Assembly: GCA_026023565.1 (NCBI GenBank)
Contig: JAPETS010000045.1
Span: 175,332 to 195,331 of the forward strand
Source of the DNA: Cirrosporium novae-zelandiae
Lineage: Eukaryota
DNA length: 20,000 nucleotides
Direction: 5' to 3'
A model generated the notes under the pieces. That model searched no databases, was not told where the DNA came from, and saw only the letters and a program-made list of their open reading frames with translations. This document shows positions 1 through 11,206 of this stretch, piece by piece (positions within the stretch are counted from its first letter, which is position 1; each line of letters starts with the position of its first letter). A program made the position numbers and the translations under genes.

Positions 1-1
1 T

Positions 2-2815
2 TTTCAGAAAGGAGTAGCCACTTTAGTCAAACAATATGGAGACGGGACGGATGGCCCTAACGGCGTCGGTATTCGCGCCAAAGGCTTCGATCTTGACAGC
101 AAGGTACAAGTTTTCGAAACAGTCATCCGCGGGGTCGGAGGCCTGCTCAGTGCTCATTTATTTGCTGTAGGCGACCTCCCGATCCGAGGTTATGAACCAT
201 CCGCACAAGAAATACAAGAGGCTAAATTCTGGACTGAAGGGAGTAAGAACACGGGTATCAAGTGGAAGAACGGGTTTAGATATAATGGTCAGCTTTTAAG
301 GCTAGCCCATGATCTAGGCAAGCGCTTGCTTCCCGCCTTTTACTCAGCCACCGGAATCCCGTATCCTAGAGTAAATCTTCGTTATGGAATACCATTCTAC
401 CCCAACTCTCCGCTCAACTACGACCCAGATGGCAGTCAATACCTTTCCTCTCAACATGGATCGCTGGAGACTACAGAGACATGCAGCGCAGGCGCTGGAA
501 GCTTGCTACTAGAATTTATAACTCTTAGTAGGTTGACAGGTGATGACAGATTTGAAGCACTCGCTAAACGAGCTTTCTGGGCTATATGGGATAAGAGAAG
601 TTCTGTTGGTCTTCTCGGTGCTGGGATTGATGCAGAAAGTGGTTCATGGATTGGGCCAATAACGGGCATTGGAGCTGGCATTGATAGCTTCTTTGAATAC
701 GCCTTCAAGACCTATGTCCTACTTGCTGGCCTTGAGCCAAAAACTAATAGCTCGTTGAATCAGTCAACCGATCCTTTCTATGATCCCAATGTATTGTTCG
801 AGCCTTTGACTTTGGAAGAAAATTCACCTAATGCCTTTTTGAGAGTCTGGAATAACGCTCATGCAGCAATTAAACGCCATGTATATAGGGGATCTGATTA
901 TGAACATCCTCATTATATACAAGTTGAGCTTTTCACGGGTTCTCCACGAGCATATTGGATTGATAGTTTGAGTGCTTACTACCCTGGTCTCTTGACAATT
1001 GCGGGCGAATTAAACGAAGCTATCGAAGCGCATCTCTTGACTACTGCTTTATGGACGCGCTATTCTGCTTTGCCGGAAAGATGGTCTGCTTATACTAGAG
1101 ATATCGAAGGAGGGCTTGGGTGGTGGGGAGGACGTCCTGAATTCATCGAATCGAATTATTATCTGTTTCGGGCTACAAAAGATCCATGGTACCTTCACGT
1201 TGGCGAAATGGCTCTCCGCGATATTAAAAGAAGGTCTTGGACCCGTTGCGGTTTAGCTGGACTTCATGACGTTCGAAATGGCGAAAAGAGTGATCGCATG
1301 GAAAGTTTCTTCTTGAGCGAGACTGCACAGTATCTATTTTTGCTATTTGATTCATCTCACCCCTTGAACATATTAGATAAACCATTTGTTTTCTCTACAG
1401 AAGGCCATCCGTTGCTCATTCCGAAGCTACCAGCACATGAGGCGAAATCATATCAAACTAAGGAGGCCGACGTCGGCACAGAAAGTTCAGCATCTTGTCC
1501 GCTCCCGCCGGGGAATGTACCTCTAAGCTTTTCTGCGACTGCTGCCAGAGCGGATGTATTCCACGCGTCGGCACTTGCAAGACTTAATCTTATACCGGAT
1601 CACCACGATTTGGAATCTTCACTACTGGACTTCTCGAGCGATTATCCGAGTATATCGGTCTCAGATATACGTTCACCGTCAAATTTCACATACTATCCAT
1701 GGACTCTTCCACCGCAGTTGATGCCTGCCAATGGAATGAGCGCTGCAATGCCAATTAGGTCCACACTAGACATATCTTTCCCTGCCCTTCCTAATATGCT
1801 TCTTGGTCCCGGCACACTTACAAGGGTCCGCGACGGCATCCAAATAAATTCGCTAGGAGGGTTGAAGTTTCAGATGATCCGTGATGTACCCGGAGAGAAT
1901 AGGCTTTGGCTTGGAGAGGATGACCAAAATGATGATTACAGGATTTATATCCTGAACAATGTTCTGCTAGGCAAAGACGAAAAAATTTACCTTGCGAGAG
2001 ATGTCGTCCCTAATGTCATTAGCTCAGTCGATCCGAATTTCGAACGGGTACGTGACAATATCATACTTGAGATTGTCATTGACGTTCGTCCTTCGTACTT
2101 AGAAGATGATGCGATCAACCAAGAAACCTTAAAACCATCCTCGAAAGACCCATCTATCAGTTCCGATGAGGTTGCAGTGAATGAAACAAACACGCAACTA
2201 AATGTGGAGGAGGAAGGAGTCTCATCCGTATCCCCACCGAAAATAACAATGAGCTCCCTCATCCAACAGGTCTTGGGCATGCTCCGCGAACCTGACCGCA
2301 ATCCCCACAAACGCCAAACCCGTTACCATATCCCTGCCATGTCCTCGTCAGGCCTCGGTGCCGCACCGCTCCCCGATTTCCCCGAAGCCCCTAGCGTAGA
2401 TGCCTCTGGAGCATCCTACGGACCTCTATCATGGCGATCCATCTACATTGCCGGCGAGGCCTGCTCATCTAAACTCCCGATCTCCGCCCCAAAAAACCAT
2501 CAGATCATCGTCCTAAAACGCGGTGGATGCAGCTTCTCCCACAAACTCCAGAATATACCCAGCTTTGCACCCTCGCTCACTTCCCTCCAACTTGTCATTG
2601 TGGTATCGGATGAGGAATTCCTACTCCGACCGCATCTAGATGAGGCCCAGCACACTCCAGCAGGATTAGCTAGGCACAATGCGATTCCAATGGTGATGGT
2701 CGGGGGCGGCGATGAAACATATTCATTATTCAAGAATGCAGCCGGAGTGGGCGTGAAGAGAAGATACGAATACAGATCTCAGGGAGTTCCGATTAGTAAT
2801 CTTATTATTACATGA
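2..2815 (+). CDS. MNL1: ER degradation-enhancing alpha-mannosidase-like protein (GH47, EDEM/Mnl1/Htm1 type) with C-terminal PA domain; 5'-partial
   Basis: The frame is open from nt 2 (FQKGVATLVKQYGDG...FDLDSKVQVFETVIRGVGGLLSAHL), so the listed start at 326 is internal. GH47 motifs: FETVIRGVGGLLSAH, CSAGAGSLLLEF, GIGAGIDSFFEY, DSLSAYYPGL, RPEFIESNYYL, DRMESFFLSET, FSTEGHP. PA-domain motif VLKRGGCSFSHK. Stop TGA 2813-2815. Confidence 0.93.
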   Translation, partial: FQKGVATLVKQYGDGTDGPNGVGIRAKGFDLDSKVQVFETVIRGVGGLLSAHLFAVGDLPIRGYEPSAQEIQEAKFWTEGSKNTGIKWKNGFRYNGQLLRLAHDLGKRLLPAFYSATGIPYPRVNLRYGIPFYPNSPLNYDPDGSQYLSSQHGSLETTETCSAGAGSLLLEFITLSRLTGDDRFEALAKRAFWAIWDKRSSVGLLGAGIDAESGSWIGPITGIGAGIDSFFEYAFKTYVLLAGLEPKTNSSLNQSTDPFYDPNVLFEPLTLEENSPNAFLRVWNNAHAAIKRHVYRGSDYEHPHYIQVELFTGSPRAYWIDSLSAYYPGLLTIAGELNEAIEAHLLTTALWTRYSALPERWSAYTRDIEGGLGWWGGRPEFIESNYYLFRATKDPWYLHVGEMALRDIKRRSWTRCGLAGLHDVRNGEKSDRMESFFLSETAQYLFLLFDSSHPLNILDKPFVFSTEGHPLLIPKLPAHEAKSYQTKEADVGTESSASCPLPPGNVPLSFSATAARADVFHASALARLNLIPDHHDLESSLLDFSSDYPSISVSDIRSPSNFTYYPWTLPPQLMPANGMSAAMPIRSTLDISFPALPNMLLGPGTLTRVRDGIQINSLGGLKFQMIRDVPGENRLWLGEDDQNDDYRIYILNNVLLGKDEKIYLARDVVPNVISSVDPNFERVRDNIILEIVIDVRPSYLEDDAINQETLKPSSKDPSISSDEVAVNETNTQLNVEEEGVSSVSPPKITMSSLIQQVLGMLREPDRNPHKRQTRYHIPAMSSSGLGAAPLPDFPEAPSVDASGASYGPLSWRSIYIAGEACSSKLPISAPKNHQIIVLKRGGCSFSHKLQNIPSFAPSLTSLQLVIVVSDEEFLLRPHLDEAQHTPAGLARHNAIPMVMVGGGDETYSLFKNAAGVGVKRRYEYRSQGVPISNLIIT

Positions 2816-3339
2816 TCCTGCGTTTTATATTATATGAGTATGGGAATATAGGTCTTTTGTGTGATACCTCTCTGCATCATTATCAGGCGTTTTTTCCTCG
2901 TTGGGTTGGACATTTTTCTGATAAATCGCAGGGGAATGTTCCTAAGTTAGTAGGGTTCGAGAAATTCCCACGATTGAAATGTGAACGTGATCGTGGTAGT
3001 GTTATTTTTTTTGGCCTCTTGAAAGCGAAGATTCTACAGCTAGTACATAGTCTGTTTGTCAATAACTCTTTAACAAGAGAAATGTGCATAATTGATAGAC
3101 ATAGTAAGGGGGCGGGATGATTGGCTTGTGATTTTCTTTCTTGTCTCAAAAATACATAGGAAATTGAAGTTGAAGTTGAAGTTAGAGGTTGTTATATCCA
3201 GCCATACATCCTTCAATTACAACAGGCTGACAGATTGGTAAATAAGTAAATTGGCAATGAATTCACTTTCAAACAATATTAATCTTCTCCATATTCCATA
3301 TCTATTTGTCGGTTGACCATGTCCATGGCATGGACAGTA

Positions 3340-3800
3340 TTACAGGTCAGGTCAGGTCAAACTCCATACAACCAACCAAACAACCACCCACCTTATCCTA
3401 TTATACCTCATCAAAAAAACCTCGTATTACTTACTTATTTCTTCCCTCATCTTTCTCACTTCAACCGAACAAACAGACAATGAACAATCAAACAGGCAAG
3501 CAGCCAGTCAGCCAAATAGTTAAGCAGATAGACAATCAAAAAGGCAAAGAAAACCAAAAAAAGGACAGAACAACAAAAGAGGATATACAATCCCATGTTG
3601 GAACAAGCTCGTTGAGAAAAATGAGTTACCCTACCTACTTACATACTTACATATATACCCAACTTCCTAGCTGCCTAACCACCTAACTACCCAACTACCC
3701 AACTGCCCACCTACCTACTTACCCGTCTGTCTGCCTACCTGCCCAACTGTAACTGTTTGTCCCTCTCGCCTTACTATACCTTGCCTTACCTATCCCTTCC
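3340..3800. repeat. Degenerate low-complexity tract (CAGGT, AAAC/CAAG, CTAC/CTGC, ACTACCCA short units)
   Basis: caggtcaggtcaggtc (~3343-3358); caaccaaccaaacaaccaccc; aactacccaactacccaactgcccacctacctac (~3686-3720). Confidence 0.6.
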
Positions 3801-5527
3801 CTCAAATGTCAGAACCCTCAACCCTCGCCCTCGGGGAAGGACAAGCAAGCAAGCATATATGCGTACATCCGTCCGGGAAAATGAAAGTAGCACGAGAGGG
3901 TGAGAGGAGGGGGGAGGGGATAAGGGGATAAGGGATGTCCGTTACCTTGGGATAGGAAGGGGGCATTACAGTAGTAAGTGGGAGTAGTAACACACACACA
4001 CGCATATACACGGTGGCGTAAATCTCTAACATGTGGCTTCTTTCCCTACTTTCCTCTTTTTCTCCTATTTTTTTTCATTCTTCGAATCCCTCTGTTTTGA
4101 AATTATTTTTTCTTGAACTATTATTTTTTTGCCTTTGGTTTTTTTTTTGGTGTTTTTGTTTGTTTGTTGATTGCTTGTTTGATGGATAGGTACTTCTGCA
4201 TGCATACGTCGTATATGCCAAAGGGCAAAGGCTAAAGGGGAAGAAGGGAGTAACAGCAAGGAGATTATTACACAACAGCCAGCAGGTTACTGTACCTTCA
4301 CCCTCTCGCTACCAAAGTAACGGGAAATCAATCCCATTGTTTTTTTTTTCTTTCGGTAACAAACAGCAAAAAAGTACCGCATTATGAAACTTGTATTTTT
4401 TTATTTCGGGGGTTTTTTTACCGATGGGAAAGGAGAAAGAAAGGGAAATGGCAGATAACATAACGGGTGTGGCATGCAGCATGCTTAAATGGTTGGATGT
4501 TGGATGTTTGGATGTTTGGATGGGATGAGGTGCTCACCGTGTCGGGTTGGTAACTCTCCCATTTGACATCCTGCCTTGTCCTTGTTTTTCTTATCTGTCA
4601 GTGAAGTTATTTGGTTATGTGGTTGGGGATATCCTAGAAAGAGAGGGAGAGCCATATGCACAGGTGAACTGTCAGGTATTGTAGGGAGGGATGTAAGTAA
4701 GCATGAAGCCTGGATGCTTTACCGGTGTTCTGGTCTTGTTCCTTTTTTTTTGGTAAGGGAGGGGTTCTTGTTTTCTTTATCAATTTTGGTCAAGTAAAAA
4801 AATTTGATATATAATATTGCTAATGGATGTTCTTGAACTCTATCAAATGATTCATTCACCTGTCCATCCATTCATTCATATCTCCTTTCCCTTGCCGTGG
4901 TGGAACAACAAGTAAGGAAAACAAAAGGTAGCTTTTAGGAGAGAGAAGAAAAAAAAGAGGACAAAAAGATTTGATTTGAGAAAAAAGCCATCCTTTCGTT
5001 CAACATAAGTCTCATTTGGTAGTTTGCCCTTGCAGGCGTTAGGAACCAGGTACCTTTGCTCTATTTAAAGTCTCAAAAGGAAAAAAAAAACCCGAGGGCG
5101 CGTGCCCCTCGCCTGTATCATAATCCCCTTCGCATTTCCAAGGTTCTTTAGTGGCAATACATCTTTTTTTTTTTTCTTCTCCTTTTCTGGGTTGGATTGG
5201 TTTCGTAGAGTGGATTCTGTGAATATGATGGTGGTTAAGAAGGTAATCAAGAAGTGATGGAGCTTAGTTGTTCTTGTTTAACTTGCTTGAGAGAGTATGC
5301 AATATAGATGTGCTAAGGTTGAAGATGAAGGTGGGTTCGTATTCAAAAAGTTGATGGATATCATCAGATAAATGTCGTTCAGTTGAGAAGTAGTAGTTGA
5401 GACGGTGTTGAAGTCAACCATCATAATCTCGAATCCCTGAAATAACTCGAGCGCATAAAATGGTAACGGTATAGTAATGGGGTATATGGCTTAAAAAGTT
5501 GCGTCTAGGAGACCACTATAATTTGGT

Positions 5528-6297
5528 CTAGTCCTCTCCTTGACTATTCAGTAAGGTGTATGCAGGCGCATGCAGTTTATCGCGGCCCTTGAGGAAATCG
5601 AGTTCGATGATGAAGATGTAGGCTAGAAGATTGCCGCCAAGTTGTTTGACGAGGGAGCCGGCTGCTGCTGCAGATCCACCTATGACGCAAAAAGTCAACA
5701 AAAAAAACTCGACTCGTGGTGGCATGTATCCATTGCGCCCTAGAGGCAATGCGACATGAACTAACCAGTAGCAATCAGATCGTCAACAATTATAACCTTC
5801 TGTCCCGGTTTGATGCTATCTTTTTGCATCTGGAAATAATCCGTTCCATATTCCTTCTCATAAGCAGCCTCAACACACTCTCCGGGGAGCTTGCCCCGCT
5901 TCCTTACAGGTACAAAGCCCGCGCCCAACCTCAGCGCCAATGTAGTACCGAACAAAAACCCTCTTGCATCCAATCCCACAATGATGTCAGGCTTATTGTC
6001 GGCGAGACCAGACTGCGTAAGGATATGCAGTTCGAGGGCAGAGATGAGGGCTTCGTGAACAGAGGGGTCGGCGAAGAGGGGGAAAATGTCTTCGAAGAGG
6101 ATCCCGGCGCGTGGGAAGTCGGGGAATTGGCGAATGGACTTTCGCAGCTTTATCTTAAGACTGGTGAGTTTGGCGGTACTGGAGGTAAGTCGGGGCTCGC
6201 GGGGGGTTTGGGTGGGGTCGGGGGCATTGTGAGATGAATGAGAGGGGGTCGATGGCAGATCAGAGGAATGGTCAGAAGCTGGAGGATGGTCGGACAT
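5528..6297 (-). CDS. APT1: Adenine phosphoribosyltransferase, 2 exons (6297-5766, 5679-5528), 227 aa
   Basis: Motifs FPDFPRAGILFEDI, GLDARGFLFG, VRKRGKLPG, YEKEYG and the PRPP-binding VIIVDDLIATGGS, which is joined across intron 5680-5765 (GTTAGT...GTTGAC...CATAG). C-terminus FIIELDFLKGRDKL...GED*. Confidence 0.95.
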
Positions 6298-6307
6298 ACT
6301 GAAGAGA

Positions 6308-6337
6308 GAAGAAGAAGAAGAAGAAGAAGAAGAAGAA
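6308..6337. repeat. (GAA)10 microsatellite = (CTT)10 just upstream of the APRT start codon
   Basis: Ten perfect GAA units read directly from the sequence. Confidence 0.95.
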
Positions 6338-6587
6338 GGGGAAAAGCAGAAGGGAGAGGGAATTTGGGGGGTAAATGAAGGGAGGGTCAGATATTGGTTT
6401 TTTTTTGGTTTTTTTGGTTTAGGTAAAGATATTGGTGGGGTGGAGGGAGGGAATGGAGGGATGAAGGGATGGGGGTTTGAAAGTTGCTTGGAGGGGCCAG
6501 TGAAGGCTTGGAGGGGCTTGGAGGGGCTAATGGGGGTGCGCTGTTCCAGTGCTACCTTGACTGGCCTACACTACATACATGCTCATG

Positions 6588-6670
6588 CTCACACTCACAC
6601 TTACACTCACACTCACACTCACACTCACACTCACACTCACACACTGAACTACACTGAACTACATTGACCT
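6588..6670. repeat. (CACACT)n hexanucleotide microsatellite followed by ACACTGAACT x2-3
   Basis: ctcacactcacacttacactcacactcacactcacactcacactcacactcacacactgaactacactgaactacattgacct. Confidence 0.9.
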
Positions 6671-7040
6671 TACTTAACACGGTTCCTTGCTAGCAACAAC
6701 TCTAACTTGCTCTTACAACCCGTATCGTAATACCCGTACATTGTGTAGATTCTGTTCATACATGTTACTTACATATAAAATTAATATCACCTATTATCAC
6801 TGCAACAAAAACCTGTCAACCGGGTACCAACATTGATTGCGGAAAGAATATTCCAAATTACGAAACCTTGGGGAATTCAAATATACATATCCTTTTTTTT
6901 TCCTCCTTGGTACCATTCCTGAGTCAGCATAAAACTCCTTCTAGTTAGATCGGCCTGGGTCTGGTCTTTTTTTTCCAACATGCATCCAACCATAATCAGC
7001 AAGCTTTTCTATCTCCGTATGACATGTTACTCTGGTATAC

Positions 7041-7075
7041 AAAATAAAATAAAATAAAATAAAATAAAATAAAAT
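7041..7075. repeat. (AAAAT)7 pentanucleotide microsatellite
   Basis: Seven perfect AAAAT units. Confidence 0.95.
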
Positions 7076-9137
7076 AAATCTCGAAGTTTAAGTGGCTGTA
7101 AGGTTTGTATCCATCAGATAAGGTACGACGGCAGTAGCCCTCTCCCTTTCGGCCTTATGGCTCCTCTTAAAAGGCTGGAATTAATTAATACAGAGCCATT
7201 GCTGTCTATCGGTCATCAATCATGACTTAATGACTGTCATCCTTGCCTCCAAGATCAATTCTAGCCTCTTTCAGTCTTTTTCATCCCCAATAATCCTACA
7301 TCCAATCTCGATCCAACCTTCCAAGCTTCAAATATTTCAAACAAGCAAGCCGTCAAGGTTCAAAAAACAAAAAACAAAAAAATACCAGAGTCCCTTTCTT
7401 CTTTCTTGTCTTGACCTTTCACAACTCATACCTTGGCCACACCTTGCTCCGAACTATCATCCATGAGCCATGAGAGCACGTTGTGGGTCAAATGTTGATA
7501 AGCATCCAAGGCATCCAAGCAATCAATTCAAAGGTAACTCAAAGGAAAACCCAAAAGAGACGAGTCGGAATTGTATCCACACATGGGTACCACACCCTGG
7601 TGGAAAAGCCACAACTTCAACAAATCACAACTACACCTCTCAACACTCTGAACCTCGATTGCGAATCCAAAGACGCTGTGGACAGTCACTAAGCCCTTTA
7701 ATCTATTATTCCAGAACGCCAGACAGCTATCTTTGGCGTCATTGCAACTTGCTATGTAGACCACCACGAACCTCGCGAATGAGAAACTATGACTGCGGCT
7801 CGGATGGCCCGAACGGATTGTCTCCCTATATGCAAGTATGTGTACCGGCCAAAGTCGAGAACCTTTTGATCTTCAGGGCTTCTACTTTTTTACATATAAA
7901 AAGTGGCCTTGGTGGCACCACAATGCTCGAGCGTTCTCGTCATGAATGGCTCCTGTTGTCGTCATTGGCTGCAATGTCTTGCTCTGAAATGGTCTATTCA
8001 CGGATTACATCCCCAGACCTCCACCATCTTCTTCCCCAATGCCGTAGTGGAGTACTCGTGGCGACTTGCCTCGAAAATAATTATCCTCCGAGACGCTGCA
8101 TATTGGGAGATGATTGTACAGATATTACTCTCTGACAGCTAAGGCTATCCCTGTTATTGCATGCTTGACGTGCTTAAGTAGGCAAGGCACATTCTCCGAT
8201 GATACCCCGCTATAGCCTCATCACATACATCAATACCGAGAATTAGTACGAAAATACCAAAATAATTGACTTAGAGGATTAATCACATATACATAGCTAT
8301 TGATCTTTTTTAATGAAGCTTTGAAACCCCGGTATCAATCAAGGAAAATAAGACTTGGAAGAAATAAACTCTTCGAGAGCTCCGACCTTTTTATTTTCTA
8401 GATCCAACTTTAACCTCACCGCCGTCGGAGGGCCGTTGGTGTTCCGAGGGTCAATCGGCCTCACCTCGAGGGAAAATAGGAAAATGTCGCAATGAAACTT
8501 TCAAAGCTTGACATGACCCTACCGTCTACCGTCTACCTCCGTCTACCTCCGGCTAATTACCTCCCTGCTCCTGCAGCAGAGCCCACTTTAAGAACACATC
8601 ATTTTACATAAAACTCTATTCAAATTCCTCAGCCTCCGACGTCGACCTGCAGCAAAGTGTACGCATCCAAAACGTGGGACTTAGCCGATACGCCGTTCCA
8701 GGCAGGTAATCCATTCACGGCCCTATCAGGCACCAAAAGCATGTGGTCCTCCCTTTCGCACTATTCTACCTGCCACCAAGATACTTGATAGAATGACCGC
8801 GAATATGGCTGGGAACTATTTAATTTATATATAATAATATATCGAGTACATATATGTATATTCATGTGGAGATAGATTAAATTAAAAAGTTGGTCTCTGT
8901 CCACTTGACAACATGTTCATACCTCTTGTTAAAGCAAACCAGAGTCGGCTTTGGGCCGAAAGTCATCTTAGTCAGTTAATAGACAACTCAACTCAATTCA
9001 ATAATGAGATTGGTATCGTCGGACCGCCTCCGAGCCTAGACAGGACCAAATTTTGACCACCAATGTTTCTTGCCGCCCATGGCGAGGTGGTTAGCGGCTT
9101 TGGCCGTGGTTGGAGAACCCGATGGGATGCTCCTTTG

Positions 9138-10955
9138 TTATGGGTCTATTATACCCCCAATTGCTTTAGGGCCTTTATATCCCTTTTGCGCTCCAAAAAT
9201 CCACCAAAAAAGCACCAGAATAGTCAAGCCACCTGTGATGAGGCAGGAGTAATTCATATTTTGTGCGGCAACTGGGAGTGAGTAGGGAAACATCTACAGT
9301 ATGAGGAGGATTATAAGCACAATGCCTCAAAGCTTCACAAGAAGGCAGTCTAGGTCAGATTTCTAGGAGAACTCACATATATGATGTCAAAAGCCAACAT
9401 ATACAAACAAGCTACAGCATTGACAATAAGCCCAAGCCAGCCTTTCATCCAAAAGGGCCCTGGAATTATGTTTTTGCGCCTTGACAGAAGATGTGGAAGG
9501 ATGGCTGCAAGGTACGAGAACGTGCTTAGCACGACAAAAGAACCGATTAATGCATTGAAGGCTGTAGTGCTTCCGAGGTAGATGCATCCCAGTACCGTAG
9601 AAATACATCCACAAGCGAGAGTCGCAACAAACGGATTCCGAAATCGAGCCGAGATCCTGCCGATGTACTGGGGAAATGGTGTAGCGCCTTCACGACCAAG
9701 CGTAAAAAGTGTACGTCCAGCCGTGATGTATGTCCCGATATTTGTAATTACTATTGGAAGAAGAAGAAGGACAAGAAGGCCAATGGTCCCAGCGTTGGAG
9801 CCTGTTGCTTGGTAGTAAATCTCGGCGAGGGGGAATGAGGAAGAGGAATCAAGGATGTCAGAGAAGGAATGTATGGCATAGAAAATGGCAACCATGTAGC
9901 ACAGAGCTGTGACAAAGCCCGTGGCCATTTGGGCGAAGATAGCACGAGGGATATTCACATTGGGATGGGGAATCTCTTCGGCAAGGTGACTACAGCAGTC
10001 AGGGGTCCCAACCGAATACGCGCCATTGAGCATGCCTAAGCAAAAGACAAAGCCCTGGAAATGATTAGAGCGTATCTGCGGCGTACGGCTGGGATTCTCT
10101 CACCTGGCTTGAATACCCGATATCTGCGGCCCAATCTTTCCAGACAAAAGCGTCGCTGGCGTGGCCAGGGCGACCCCCATGTCCGGGCATTGCCGCACAG
10201 ACTACGATGGTGATAAAACATCCAGCTAATATGAAGAAAAGGCCCAAATTGTTGATAGCTGGAAGAGCTCGATTTGCGAAGAGGACAGTACCGCAGGAGA
10301 GCCACACGGCCACGAGATAGGCAATAAAGACGTGCCAAGCATGTGGTACAAAGTCTGGGTGATATAGGCTATACATCGAAACTGTAAGATTTCCGATGAT
10401 TGCTGACATGGAAGCGCTCCCTTTGTCAAGTCAGGCAATCGGGTTCTCAATCGGCCCTTTCCATGAGGCACATATACTCACCAAAGATCCATGCAAAGAA
10501 ATTCTGCAAGTTGTGATTAGCTTCCATGTTGCAATTTTTTTTTCGATATTATTCAAGCTATATCTTACCCAGTACCCCGCAAAGAAGCCGCAGACCCTCC
10601 CGTATTTTCGCCCTGGGGTAACAGAAGCCCAATGGTATACCCCTGCTGACGAGGGAATCGCTGAAGCGAGCTCTGCAATACAAGCAGCAACAAGCCAGTA
10701 GAAAACCGAAACCGCGATGAATTCATATATCACACCAGGAGCCCCTCCATTGTAGAGGGAAACGAGAATGCTGCCTCCCAGCGCTGCCCACGTATTCCCT
10801 GTGGTGATTCCTACCGCGCTGACACTTAGAAGGCTGAAATTGCGATCGAGCTCTTGGTGATGGCCCGATGCATTAACATCTTCGAATTCACCAGGACTCC
10901 CATTTTCCACAGCTCCTTCTTTTCCCTTTTCTGGTATAACATCCTGCTTATTCAT
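9138..10955 (-). CDS. Amino acid/polyamine/organocation (APC) permease, choline/GABA (Hnm1/Uga4-like) type; 5 exons (10955-10569, 10503-10482, 10420-10104, 10054-9377, 9293-9138), 519 aa
   Basis: Motifs QELDRNFSLLS, YNGGAPGVIYEF, IAELASAIPSSAGVYHWAS, GFFAGYWNFFAWIFG, GMLNGAYSVGTPDCCSHLAEEIPHP, YLGSTTAFNALIGSF, PGPFWM, FPYSLPVAAQNMNYS. The four GT..AG introns give a 1560-nt CDS with no internal stop. Confidence 0.9.
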
Positions 10956-11150
10956 GATCGGTGTCTGTTATCAGCACCGTCGTTAATGCGATGTTATTCT
11001 TGAAGCGACCGAGAAGAACAACGGGAAGTTTCCATTGAGCTATGGTTGTACTACGGTCCTGTTAAGTATTTAAATAATTGGCAGGGTTCGCAAGGCAAAC
11101 GCGCTATGAGACGCAGTTCGATGTCAGAAAGACTGGTATTGTGGTAGTGA

Positions 11151-11206
11151 GATAAGGACCGAGGTTCCTAAATGAGAAGGAGATGATGCTTATCGATAAG
11201 CCCCGG
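11151..11206. promoter_or_regulatory. GATA-factor (AreA/Nit2-type HGATAR) sites in a divergent promoter, including the perfect palindrome GCTTATCGATAAGC, with an adjacent SYGGRG (CreA-like) site
   Basis: GATAAG at 11151-11156; GCTTATCGATAAGC at 11188-11201 (two back-to-back GATAAG); CCCCGG at 11201-11206 (= CCGGGG on the minus strand). These lie mid-way in the 501-bp gap between two divergent ATGs. Confidence 0.5.

Noticed and set aside
4081..4090. TTCGAATCCC resembling a tRNA T-loop (similar at ~5429)
   Set aside because: No flanking T-stem, D-arm or acceptor stem.
2812..5250. Short ORFs in the MNL1-APT1 intergenic region
   Set aside because: They are translations of homopolymers and simple repeats, mostly with non-ATG starts and no protein-like composition.
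5716..6237. 173-aa plus-strand ORF and other antisense ORFs (451-708, 1987-2310, 9381-9815, 11728-12057, 12614-12943, 17293-17757)
   Set aside because: These are shadow ORFs on the opposite strand of well-supported genes, with no recognisable motifs.
8519..8552. CTACC(TCC)GT short direct repeats as CRISPR-like or transposon-end repeats
   Set aside because: Only four tiny tandem units, with no spacers, terminal inverted repeats or transposase nearby; ordinary slippage duplication in eukaryotic DNA.
9036..9137. 33-codon in-frame extension after the permease TAA (QRSIPSG...WWSKFGPV*), or an extra intron using GCTAAC at ~9090
   Set aside because: The protein is already full length (519 aa) with the final helix and YKGP motif. 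The extension has no targeting signal, the candidate donor GTATAA is weak, and an open run of this length can arise by chance.
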